Source: a virus
Length of the DNA stretch: 38,324 nucleotides
IMG/VR virus record: IMGVR_UViG_3300047496_000311
Direction: 5' to 3' (one strand)
Shown: piece after piece, positions 23,725 through 31,066 of the stretch
How positions within the stretch are numbered: position 1 is the first letter of the stretch
Layout: each line of letters opens with the position of its first letter
Translations under genes and position numbers: made by a program
Notes under the pieces: generated by a model
Told to the model about the DNA's origin: nothing
Seen by the model: only the letters and a program-made list of their open reading frames with translations
Database searches by the model: none

Positions 23725-24870
23725 ATGGTACAAATACTACAGGGCCCAAGAAATATTGGAGATGTTTTAGGGACAGGTCTTAGTGATGTCTTAAATCAAC
23801 TAGCCGATAATAAGCTTAGACAAGTACATCAGAGAAATATGGCTCAAGGGCTACAATCTGCTTTACAAGGCATATCTCCTGAGCAGGCTCAAGGATTAGC
23901 TGGATTAGGTGAAGGCGCTCTAGAAAAGATTCTCCCAGAACTTTTTAGAGCACAAAGAGAGCGTGAGTTTCAACAGGGATTCCAAACTGGAGAAGTTGCG
24001 GAGGCAGAATCATTAGGTGGCCCCGCTGAAACCAGGAAAAGCTTGATTCAGCAAGCAATAGATCAAGGATATCAGCCTCCTAGAAACTCCAAAGAAGCAA
24101 ACGATATCATTAAACAGATGCATCAGGCTAACATAGAAAAAGAGAAGTTAAGTAGTAAGGAAAAGTCGTCAGCCTTTAAAGAAACAAAAGCTGAGCGAGA
24201 AAAGATCATACAAGATTATAATGTGGCTAAAAATAACCTTGAGGATTATGATCGTCTCCAAGAATTAGAGGATGAAGGAAAGCTTGATACTCCCGGTTAT
24301 ATTGAATTTCTTAAGAGATCTGGATTAGATATTGCTGCACTAAAGAATCCTGGTTCTGAAGAAGCTCAAAAAATAGTTCAAAATTTTATCAGAGACGCAA
24401 AGCAGGTGTATGGTGGCAAAATAACCAACCAAGAAATGGAACAATTCATGTCTACATTACCCTCACTTTCTCAGTCTCCTGAGGGTAGAAAAAGAGTTAT
24501 AGCTAACCTCAAGAGAATTGCTCGAGCTAAAGTAGAATATTACAAGGCATATAAGAGAGTTTTGAAACAGAATAAAGGGGTTCCGCCGCTGGATTTATTA
24601 GAGCAGGTTCAGGAAGAGTATGAGCCAGCTATAGAAAAACTAGCTTCACAATTTAGAAAAGATCTTGAGAGACCGGTTCCTGAGGGCCAAAATAAATTTG
24701 TGACCGCATTGCAGGCTGGAGCTGGTGAGGTTGCCGGTGCTTTACCTAAGGCTCTTTCAAAGGCGATATCACATGGTGCAATAGGCGCTGCTGCGGGCTC
24801 CGCATTTCCAGGCCTTGGAACCGCAGTTGGTGGAGGTTTAGGAGCTTTGTATGGCCTCTTTAAGGATTGA
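23725..24870 (+). CDS. coiled-coil protein with Gly-zipper C-terminus, possible internal virion or ejection protein
   Basis: ATG at 23725 after ggag. C-terminus GAIGAAAGSAFPGLGTAVGGGLGALYGLF is membrane-active-like. Confidence 0.4.
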   Translation: MVQILQGPRNIGDVLGTGLSDVLNQLADNKLRQVHQRNMAQGLQSALQGISPEQAQGLAGLGEGALEKILPELFRAQREREFQQGFQTGEVAEAESLGGPAETRKSLIQQAIDQGYQPPRNSKEANDIIKQMHQANIEKEKLSSKEKSSAFKETKAEREKIIQDYNVAKNNLEDYDRLQELEDEGKLDTPGYIEFLKRSGLDIAALKNPGSEEAQKIVQNFIRDAKQVYGGKITNQEMEQFMSTLPSLSQSPEGRKRVIANLKRIARAKVEYYKAYKRVLKQNKGVPPLDLLEQVQEEYEPAIEKLASQFRKDLERPVPEGQNKFVTALQAGAGEVAGALPKALSKAISHGAIGAAAGSAFPGLGTAVGGGLGALYGLFKD

Positions 24871-24873
24871 TTA

Positions 24874-25056
24874 TTAACGCTTGGAAATGATCCAGGCCAA
24901 AAAAAGGACCGCTAATATGATATCATGCTGCGTAGCTGGGCGTGGTTCAGAAGGTGGTCCCATTAGTTTTCCTATGACGTATTTACTGATTTTAAATACA
25001 ATAATATAGAGAAGAATAAGCGCCAAAATCGTGACTGGTATTATAAGTATTTCCAT
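24874..25056 (-). CDS. small 2-TM membrane protein
   Basis: 60 aa. ILIIPVTILALILLYIIVF and IILAVLFLAWII hydrophobic spans. Last gene of the leftward island. Confidence 0.45.
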   Translation of the reverse strand: MEILIIPVTILALILLYIIVFKISKYVIGKLMGPPSEPRPATQHDIILAVLFLAWIISKR

Positions 25057-25082
25057 GATATCCTAGGGTTACTGTTTTCCGG

Positions 25083-25115
25083 GGGCCAGCAATTGCGCTG
25101 ACCCTCTTTTTATTT
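25083..25115 (+). terminator. plus-strand-oriented terminator-like hairpin inside the leftward island
   Basis: gggccagc (25083..25090), aattgc, gctgaccc (25097..25104), then tctttttattt. One C.A mismatch in the plus-strand RNA. Confidence 0.4.
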
Positions 25116-25715
25116 AAATGCTTTTGTTATATCTATATCTATATCTCTTATCAGTTTTTTAGTGGTGTCTACAAGGGATATATTGTGTATGGCTTGTACT
25201 AATGAAATAGCGTCCCCGCCGCGACCGCTACTGAAACAATAAAAAATATTCTTTGCTGGGCTTATCGTAAGTGAATTTTCGTCCCCTTTCACGAATGGAG
25301 ATGGTCCTGTGAAATATCTTCCCGATTCAGTTAACTGTATGTATTTCGGAGCTATGGACATAATTGGAACCTCTTGTTGGATGAAGTTGTGAATACTTGT
25401 GTGTATAAGTTCAATCTCATCGGGTACTTCTTTGTCGGTAAAGAATATAAATACATTATCCTCAGCTGATATTATATCCCTACAATACTTTCTGATGCAT
25501 TGACGTAGAGGTTTAATCCACGTGTCCTCCGTTTTCTCCAGCATCTCCCCGTACATCTTAAACTTATTTTTAAGTATCAGTATAGTATCAAAATCATCTG
25601 TTATTGTCTTCATTCCTGTTGAACAAAATATACTCGTTATCATAGGATCATTGAGCGCCACTAATGCCTCCTTAAATCCAGGTATATCTTTGCAGTTTAG
25701 TACTACTTGTTTCAT
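25110..25715 (-). CDS. protein with C-terminal degenerate DnaG-type CHC2 zinc-finger domain
   Basis: 201 aa. GRYFTGPSPFVKGDENSLTISPAKNIFYCFSSGRGGDAISLVQAIHNISLVDTTKKL aligns to the primase ZBD pattern G.y...CPFH.EKTPSf.V....~~yCFGCg.gGD.I.f. Three of the four Zn ligands are replaced (C to S, H to V, C to S). Confidence 0.6.
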   Translation of the reverse strand: MKQVVLNCKDIPGFKEALVALNDPMITSIFCSTGMKTITDDFDTILILKNKFKMYGEMLEKTEDTWIKPLRQCIRKYCRDIISAEDNVFIFFTDKEVPDEIELIHTSIHNFIQQEVPIMSIAPKYIQLTESGRYFTGPSPFVKGDENSLTISPAKNIFYCFSSGRGGDAISLVQAIHNISLVDTTKKLIRDIDIDITKAFK

Positions 25716-25757
25716 TTCATCTCCCAGTTAAATATTCCAGTGTTATTTGATCTTTTT

Positions 25758-25913
25758 TTATCTATTAGCTCTGCGTTCAAGAGCGTCCAATATATCTGAT
25801 ATGCGTTTGGTTTCTTTCTCCAGTATTCGTTGTACTTTATCTATTGCGTAGAAGGCCCTTATATGTAGGAATAGAGAGGCGATTGTGGTTACTAAGAAGA
25901 ATAGTGCTATCAT
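25758..25913 (-). CDS. small TM plus coiled-coil protein (51 aa)
   Basis: Below the track cutoff. ATGA overlap with the upstream gene. MIALFFLVTTIASLFLHIRAFYAIDKVQRILEKETKRISDILDALERRANR. Confidence 0.4.
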   Translation of the reverse strand: MIALFFLVTTIASLFLHIRAFYAIDKVQRILEKETKRISDILDALERRANR

Positions 25914-26110
25914 TGTTTATCCTTTATTTCATCTGCGAGTTTATCTAATTCAAGCATTATCTCTGTGAGTGTATCTAATTTAAGCATTGCCTCGTATACC
26001 AATTTTTCAAGATGGGAAATGCGTAGACAATGAAGTCGTTGCATATCACGCAATAGATACAATTGCACCATGTGTGTGCCTAGTATTATTATAAATAGTA
26101 TTCCTAACAT
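25910..26110 (-). CDS. small TM plus coiled-coil protein (66 aa)
   Basis: MLGILFIIILGTHMV..., then a helical heptad region. Same architecture as the neighbour at 25758..25913. Confidence 0.45.
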   Translation of the reverse strand: MLGILFIIILGTHMVQLYLLRDMQRLHCLRISHLEKLVYEAMLKLDTLTEIMLELDKLADEIKDKQ

Positions 26111-26114
26111 TCTT

Positions 26115-26264
26115 TTACTTCCCGTTTAAATATTCCAAGGTTATTTGATCTTTTTCATCAATAAGAAACTTGATTCTTTCAGCTTTATCAGCGGCATCTA
26201 GATTCATTTTCTCTATTTTTTGTATCGATTTTTCAAGCAGCTCTATCAGTTCTAATTTAGTCAT
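26115..26264 (-). CDS. small helical protein (49 aa)
   Basis: Below the track cutoff. AGGA 5 nt upstream. MTKLELIELLEKSIQKIEKMNLDAADKAERIKFLIDEKDQITLEYLNGK. Confidence 0.4.
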   Translation of the reverse strand: MTKLELIELLEKSIQKIEKMNLDAADKAERIKFLIDEKDQITLEYLNGK

Positions 26265-26306
26265 GGTATCCTATGGTAGCATCCTTCATGAATGCTTACT
26301 TTTGAT

Positions 26307-26347
26307 AATACGCGGCAAGCCGTCTCGCCGCGTATTAATTTTTATTT
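26307..26347 (+). terminator. plus-strand-oriented terminator: perfect 10-bp stem plus T-tract
   Basis: aatacgcggc (26307..26316), 10-nt loop, gccgcgtatt (26327..26336), then aatttttattt. Confidence 0.5.
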
Positions 26348-26352
26348 ACTTT

Positions 26353-26646
26353 TCAGTCGTTTTCTTTAATAGTTATTTCAGGCTCAATTATTTCAGACTC
26401 AACTAACACAAGTTTGTATCCAATAGCATGTAATATACTTAATACAGTTCTAAATTGAGCATGGGATTGCTTCTTACTAAATATCTTATAAAGGCTTTCC
26501 CTTCCAAGAGAAGACCTTCTGGCTACTATGGGATATTTTTGTTTTCTTACTATTTTCTCAACATGTGAAAGAAATATCTCTGTATCTTTTTGGTTAATCG
26601 AATTATTAAGAGATTCTATATCAGTAAGGCTTTTTTCTATATTCAT
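26353..26646 (-). CDS. HigA-family 'addiction module antidote'-like HTH protein (no cognate toxin seen)
   Basis: 97 aa. ARRSSLGRESLYKIFSKKQSHAQFRTVLSILHAIGYKLVLV matches the antidote-family core (gl.ReSLYkaLs..gNP.f.Tvlkvl.alGl.L.v). Confidence 0.65.
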   Translation of the reverse strand: MNIEKSLTDIESLNNSINQKDTEIFLSHVEKIVRKQKYPIVARRSSLGRESLYKIFSKKQSHAQFRTVLSILHAIGYKLVLVESEIIEPEITIKEND

Positions 26647-26867
26647 AGTTTTTCTGACATTTTTGTTAATGTTTTAATAATATGGATATATTCGTCTGCT
26701 TCTATCTCATTTGTAATTATTCCTATAATGGTATCCGCTATAGAAATATTTAATAGATTGGCCACAGAGTAGAGGTGCCCCACAACGTGTTCTAGGGAGT
26801 TTGCTTGTATGCCTTCAATTTTTTCTTGAAGTTCATTGATTTTTTTTGTTAATTCTATGTTTTCCAT
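26643..26867 (-). CDS. helical hypothetical protein
   Basis: ATG at 26867 after aagga (MENIELTKKINELQEKIEG...). ATGA overlap with the downstream HigA-like gene. Not RelE/HigB-like. Confidence 0.45.
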   Translation of the reverse strand: MENIELTKKINELQEKIEGIQANSLEHVVGHLYSVANLLNISIADTIIGIITNEIEADEYIHIIKTLTKMSEKL

Positions 26868-26875
26868 TTTGTTCC

Positions 26876-27049
26876 TTATTCTTTTAATGTCTTGTCCTCT
26901 TCCAACATTCTCATCTTTATGGCTCTTAATATCCACGTATTCATACTAATGCCACGTCGAGCGGCACGCTGTTTTACTTCACTATGGATAGCTGCGTCAA
27001 AATTTAAGATCAACTTCTTACTTTGTTTATGGGCCGTTTCTTTTTCCAT
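26876..27049 (-). CDS. ribbon-helix-helix (Arc/CopG-like) DNA-binding protein
   Basis: ATG at 27049 after ggaga. KKLILNFDAAIHSEVKQRAARRGISMNTWILRAIKMRMLEE is a typical RHH pattern. First gene after the promoter at 27074..27103. Confidence 0.6.
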   Translation of the reverse strand: MEKETAHKQSKKLILNFDAAIHSEVKQRAARRGISMNTWILRAIKMRMLEEDKTLKE

Positions 27050-27073
27050 ATCATCTCCGGTATAATTATTATA

Positions 27074-27103
27074 AATATACCATGATGTATTGATTGTTGT
27101 CAA
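27074..27103 (-). promoter_or_regulatory. strong sigma70-like promoter for the leftward RHH/HigA-like island
   Basis: On the minus strand, TTGACA (27103..27098), 18 nt, TGgTATATT (-10 hexamer at 27079..27074). Its -35 overlaps a plus-strand TTGTCA (27097..27102). Confidence 0.5.
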
Positions 27104-27156
27104 GTTGTCTTGCCATAGTTTTATCAAATCTATTTACTTTTATAGCGGAGAGCATT

Positions 27157-28419
27157 ATGTCAGTTAATCAAAATACGTATGATGTATTTAATCCAACCCA
27201 AAGCACGCTATTGGCGCCAGAACCTATTATTGCCAAAAGAGCGCCAACTACCAATGATAGAGCTGAATTGGGAACCATCTGGGTCAACGAAGTTTCTGGT
27301 GTTGGTTATATTCTCACTCAATTAAACCCATCACCATTATGGTCCACTGGTAATACAGGTGGCACAAGCGCTACTTCGTTTACCGTTAATCCCGGCGATT
27401 TAACTGTTACTGCAGGAAACGTTCTTGTATCTGCAGGCAACTTAACACTGACTGCGGGCAATGCTGCAATTGGTGGTACCTTGACGGTGACGGGAGCGGC
27501 TACCTTTAATGGAGGGGTGACCTTCTCTTCAACCGGCCAAATCGAACTCAATACAAGCTATAATGGCGCAGATGCAATTCAATTAAGCGCGAATGGTGGC
27601 ACAAGTGAAACGATCTTAATTGAAGCCCAACAGGGAACTGGCGATGCTTCTGTGGAGTTATTATCTACTGCTGGTGGTATTACTCTTTCTGCAGGCACTA
27701 AGATTGTCGCAACTTCTACGACGACCATGTCCTTGACTTCAACCAACAGTGCCATGACTTTAGCATCCGGAACGGGAGCCCTTAATATATCCAATGATGC
27801 CCATGCGACTACAGTCAATCTGGGAACTGGGGGGGGGGCTAAAACCGTTACCGTGGGATCGGTGAACTCGACAAGTGCGACAACTCTCCAGAGTGGCAGT
27901 GGTGCTTTACACGTCACCTCAACCAATGGTGCGATGACGCTTGCTTCTGGTACGGGCGCCTTAAACATTTCTGCGGATGCAGCGGCGACCACGATTAATC
28001 TGGCAACTGGAGGGGCATCTAAAGTATTAACGGTTGGATCGACGAATTCGACTTCATCGACAACGATTCAAGCAGGCACAGGTGGTATAGCTCTCAGTGC
28101 TGCGGGTATTGTTACTATGGCCCCTGCAACCCAAAGCTCAAACACTACAAGTATCACCTTGAATGCTAATGTCGGTGCAGCTACCTTTACCGGTTTAACC
28201 ACGGCTTCAGGAGCAACTGAAACATTAACATTGACCAATAGCTTGATATCTGCCACATCGGTTATGTTTGTAAGTGTTTCTAACTTGGGTTCAAATGACG
28301 CTCAAATGTCCTTAACTCGGGTGAAACAAGGTAGTGGCTCAGCAGTTATCCAAATTAAAAATAATGGCGCTGCTGCTTTGAATGGCAATGCGGTAGTTTC
28401 ATTCTGGATCATAGCGTAA
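27157..28419 (+). CDS. tail fibre or spike protein, beta-helix-like, with 2 x 60-aa tandem repeat
   Basis: ATG at 27157 after ggagag. LTVTAGNVLVSAGNLTLTAGNAAIGGTLTVTGAATFNGGVTF. N-terminal APTTNDRAELGTIWVN motif is shared with the fibres at 31067, 32269 and 33459. Confidence 0.65.
   Translation: MSVNQNTYDVFNPTQSTLLAPEPIIAKRAPTTNDRAELGTIWVNEVSGVGYILTQLNPSPLWSTGNTGGTSATSFTVNPGDLTVTAGNVLVSAGNLTLTAGNAAIGGTLTVTGAATFNGGVTFSSTGQIELNTSYNGADAIQLSANGGTSETILIEAQQGTGDASVELLSTAGGITLSAGTKIVATSTTTMSLTSTNSAMTLASGTGALNISNDAHATTVNLGTGGGAKTVTVGSVNSTSATTLQSGSGALHVTSTNGAMTLASGTGALNISADAAATTINLATGGASKVLTVGSTNSTSSTTIQAGTGGIALSAAGIVTMAPATQSSNTTSITLNANVGAATFTGLTTASGATETLTLTNSLISATSVMFVSVSNLGSNDAQMSLTRVKQGSGSAVIQIKNNGAAALNGNAVVSFWIIA
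27733..28092 (+). repeat. in-frame tandem repeat, 2 x 180 nt, inside the fibre gene
   Basis: LTSTNSAMTLASGTGALNISNDAHATTVNLGTGGGAKTVTVGSVNSTSATTLQSGSGALH and VTSTNGAMTLASGTGALNISADAAATTINLATGGASKVLTVGSTNSTSSTTIQAGTGGIA. Confidence 0.85.
27829..27838 (+). repeat. G10 homopolymer inside the fibre CDS
   Basis: Counted as gg + gggggggg at 27829..27838, encoding GGG(A) in frame. Longest homopolymer I found in the window. Confidence 0.9.
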
Positions 28420-28430
28420 GGGGTGAGCTT

Positions 28431-28793
28431 ATGTCAGCAACGACATTCACGTCTCTCAGGATTTATCCAGAGGCGCTTAGATCGGTCAGTTATTTATTGA
28501 TTTCAACGTTATACACGAATATTGGATCACCTTTAAGCAATGCGGCACGTATTATTCAATTGCAAAACACCACGGACGTAAATGTTTTCATTTCCTGGGA
28601 CGGGGTAAATGATCATCAATATTTGCCGGCAGGATCTTTTGTGTTACTCGATGTAACTGCAAATAAAAGTGTTTCCCAACAAGCATGGTTTGTTGGCGCA
28701 AGAACTCAATTCTATGCTAAGGTCGATTCAGGAATGCCAACCCAAGGAAGTATTTTCTTGACTACATTCTATGGATTAGTGGAGGGCGACTAA
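28431..28793 (+). CDS. hypothetical structural protein in the fibre cluster
   Basis: 120 aa, beta-rich, tightly packed between fibre genes. Confidence 0.5.
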   Translation: MSATTFTSLRIYPEALRSVSYLLISTLYTNIGSPLSNAARIIQLQNTTDVNVFISWDGVNDHQYLPAGSFVLLDVTANKSVSQQAWFVGARTQFYAKVDSGMPTQGSIFLTTFYGLVEGD

Positions 28794-29404
28794 TGTCACA
28801 AGCGGGTATATTGAGTGTGAGTGGTAACATCCCACCCATAGTAATAGAAACATTAACAGGTAATACTGGTGGGGCAGTTGGCCCCACCGGCCATAATATT
28901 AATGTCATTGGCAGTGGTACCATAAGTGTTGCGGGCAATCCCGGAACCAGTACCTTAACTATTAGCGCTTCTGGAAGTGTCTCCACCAGTTTTGTCACTA
29001 ATTCTGGCACTGCAACACCAAGTGCTGGGATATTAAATGTTTTGGGTGGAACCAATATAAGCACGACCGGCAGTGGTAATACCGTGACCATAAATGCTTC
29101 TAGTGTGGTTGTTATTCCCTCATACACGTTGGTTAATACGTCTCCCTATGTGGCCACGGGGACTGATTATTATTTGGCGGTCGATTCCTCTGGGGGTGCC
29201 ATTACCATTGATTTGCCTAATGCGCCGACCAACTATCGATCATTTATTATCAAAGATAAGACTGGATCGGCAGCAACACATAATATAACAATCACCACCG
29301 TAGGGGGCGTAGTCACCATAGATGGTTCAACTAGCTTTATCTTGAACACCGCGTATGAGTCAGCTACCATTCTTTTTGATGGCGCTAATTATCAAGTATT
29401 TTAA
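28793..29404 (+). CDS. short tail fibre protein (module X C-terminus)
   Basis: 203 aa. VTNSGTATPSAGILNVLGGTNISTTGSGNTVTI repeat. C-terminus SPYVATGTDYYLAVDSSGGAITIDLPNAP...IIKDKTGSAATHNITITTVGG is shared with 29418..30179. Confidence 0.6.
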   Translation: MSQAGILSVSGNIPPIVIETLTGNTGGAVGPTGHNINVIGSGTISVAGNPGTSTLTISASGSVSTSFVTNSGTATPSAGILNVLGGTNISTTGSGNTVTINASSVVVIPSYTLVNTSPYVATGTDYYLAVDSSGGAITIDLPNAPTNYRSFIIKDKTGSAATHNITITTVGGVVTIDGSTSFILNTAYESATILFDGANYQVF

Positions 29405-29417
29405 CTAAGGAAAAAAA

Positions 29418-30179
29418 ATGTCATATAAAAGAATAAGTCCCATACCGGTTGCTGAAGGCGGCAGTGGTGCTCTAACCCTTACTGGCGTTCTCATAGGAAA
29501 TGGTACGTCTGCATTCACAGGGAATACGGTCACTCAGTACGACGTTTTAGTTGGGGGCGCATCAAATGCCATTTCTTCCATAGCGCCAAGTTCTACAAGT
29601 GGTGTGCCATTAATATCCCAGGGTTCTTCAAGTAATCCGGCTTTTGGTACCGCAGTTGTTGCTGGTGGTGGAACAGGTGTCACTAGTTTTAATGCTAATG
29701 GAGTGGTTATATCAAATACTACGACGACTGGCGCACTGGCTTCTCTCGCTTTAACTGATGGACAAGTGGTTATTGGTTCAAGTGTAGGGGCGCCCGCTGC
29801 AGCAACATTAACCGCTGGCGCTAATATCTCCATAACCAATGGCCATAATACGATAACGATTGCTGCTAGTTCTGGTGGTGAAACGGTAAATTACACCGCG
29901 GTTAACCATGCGGCAAGTCCCTATACTGTGCTGAGCACGGATTATTATATCGGGGTGGATGCAAGTGGTGGTGTTGTAAGTATATTGTTACCCAATGCTC
30001 CTTCTACAGGAAGAGTGGTTGTGGTGAAAGATAAAACAGCATCTGCCGCTACAAATAATATTACAGTTACCACTGTTGGTGGAGCAGTAAATATTGACGG
30101 TGCCACAAGCTTTGTGATGAATACTAATTATGAATCGGCTAACTTTATATTTAATGGCGTAAGCTATGAGGTGTGGTAA
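29418..30179 (+). CDS. tail fibre protein (N-module B + C-module X)
   Basis: 253 aa. N-terminus MSYKRISPIPVAEGGSGALTLTGVLIGNGTSAFTGN is shared with 30179..31057. C-terminus is shared with 28793..29404. Confidence 0.6.
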   Translation: MSYKRISPIPVAEGGSGALTLTGVLIGNGTSAFTGNTVTQYDVLVGGASNAISSIAPSSTSGVPLISQGSSSNPAFGTAVVAGGGTGVTSFNANGVVISNTTTTGALASLALTDGQVVIGSSVGAPAAATLTAGANISITNGHNTITIAASSGGETVNYTAVNHAASPYTVLSTDYYIGVDASGGVVSILLPNAPSTGRVVVVKDKTASAATNNITVTTVGGAVNIDGATSFVMNTNYESANFIFNGVSYEVW

Positions 30180-31057
30180 TGGCATATAAAAGAATAAGCC
30201 CCTCTCCAGTCGTTGAAGGGGGAACAGGAGCACAGACGTTAACTGGTGTGCTTATAGGAAATGGAACTTCAGCAGTCACTGGTAACGCCGTAACTCAGTA
30301 TAATACCCTTGTTGGTGGGGCGAGTAATGCTATTTCATCAATTGCACCATCCGCCACCTCAGGTGTTCCTTTGGTTTCTGGTGGATCATCCGCTAACCCA
30401 TCCTATGGTACGGCGGTCGTGGCTGGTGGTGGCACCGGTATTACAAGTGCTACGGCTTATGCGGTTCTTTGTGGTGGTACTACTTCTACAGGGGCATTGC
30501 AATCTATAGCCGGTTTGGGATCTTCGGGACAGGTATTAACTTCTAATGGAGCATCGGCATTACCAACCTTCCAAAGTGCTGCTGCAGGATCTTTAATCCT
30601 TATTTCTACTCAAACAGTAAGTGGTGTTGCAGCGGTGACATTCACTAGTGGAATATCGAGTACCTATAATAACTATCTATTACTCTGTACTAATGTGACA
30701 AATGCCTCAAGCACTCCCACTATGTGGATCCAGATATCAACTAATGGTGGTAGTAGTTATATTGCCACTGGTTATTTGACAAATACTAATATTGCAACCA
30801 ACGGTATAGCTATAGGTGATGTAAACAGCACCGCTTTCTTTAGGTCCATAAACACAAATATATACAATTTAACTTCGGGTTCCGGATACGTTTCAACTAA
30901 TTCAATAAGCGTAGGCGGCTCCTCAGGGGCTGGTACTACTCAATCTTATTATAGTTATTATGCTACTGCTTCCCAGACGGTTAATGCGATACAATTAGTA
31001 CTATCGAGCGGAACAAATTTTAGTGGCACATTTTCACTTTATGGGTACGCAAAATAG
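30179..31057 (+). CDS. tail fibre protein (N-module B + unique C-module Z)
   Basis: TAATG overlap start at 30179 (MAYKRISPSPVVEGGTGAQTLTGVLIGNGTSAVTGN). 292 aa. Confidence 0.6.
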   Translation: MAYKRISPSPVVEGGTGAQTLTGVLIGNGTSAVTGNAVTQYNTLVGGASNAISSIAPSATSGVPLVSGGSSANPSYGTAVVAGGGTGITSATAYAVLCGGTTSTGALQSIAGLGSSGQVLTSNGASALPTFQSAAAGSLILISTQTVSGVAAVTFTSGISSTYNNYLLLCTNVTNASSTPTMWIQISTNGGSSYIATGYLTNTNIATNGIAIGDVNSTAFFRSINTNIYNLTSGSGYVSTNSISVGGSSGAGTTQSYYSYYATASQTVNAIQLVLSSGTNFSGTFSLYGYAK

Positions 31058-31066
31058 GGAGAAGTA

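Noticed and set aside
26643-26867. Calling the ORF upstream of the HigA-like gene a HigB/RelE toxin
   Set aside because: The sequence is all-helical and acidic and lacks the RelE-like beta-sheet and basic catalytic motifs. Only its position suggests a partner role, so it is left as hypothetical.
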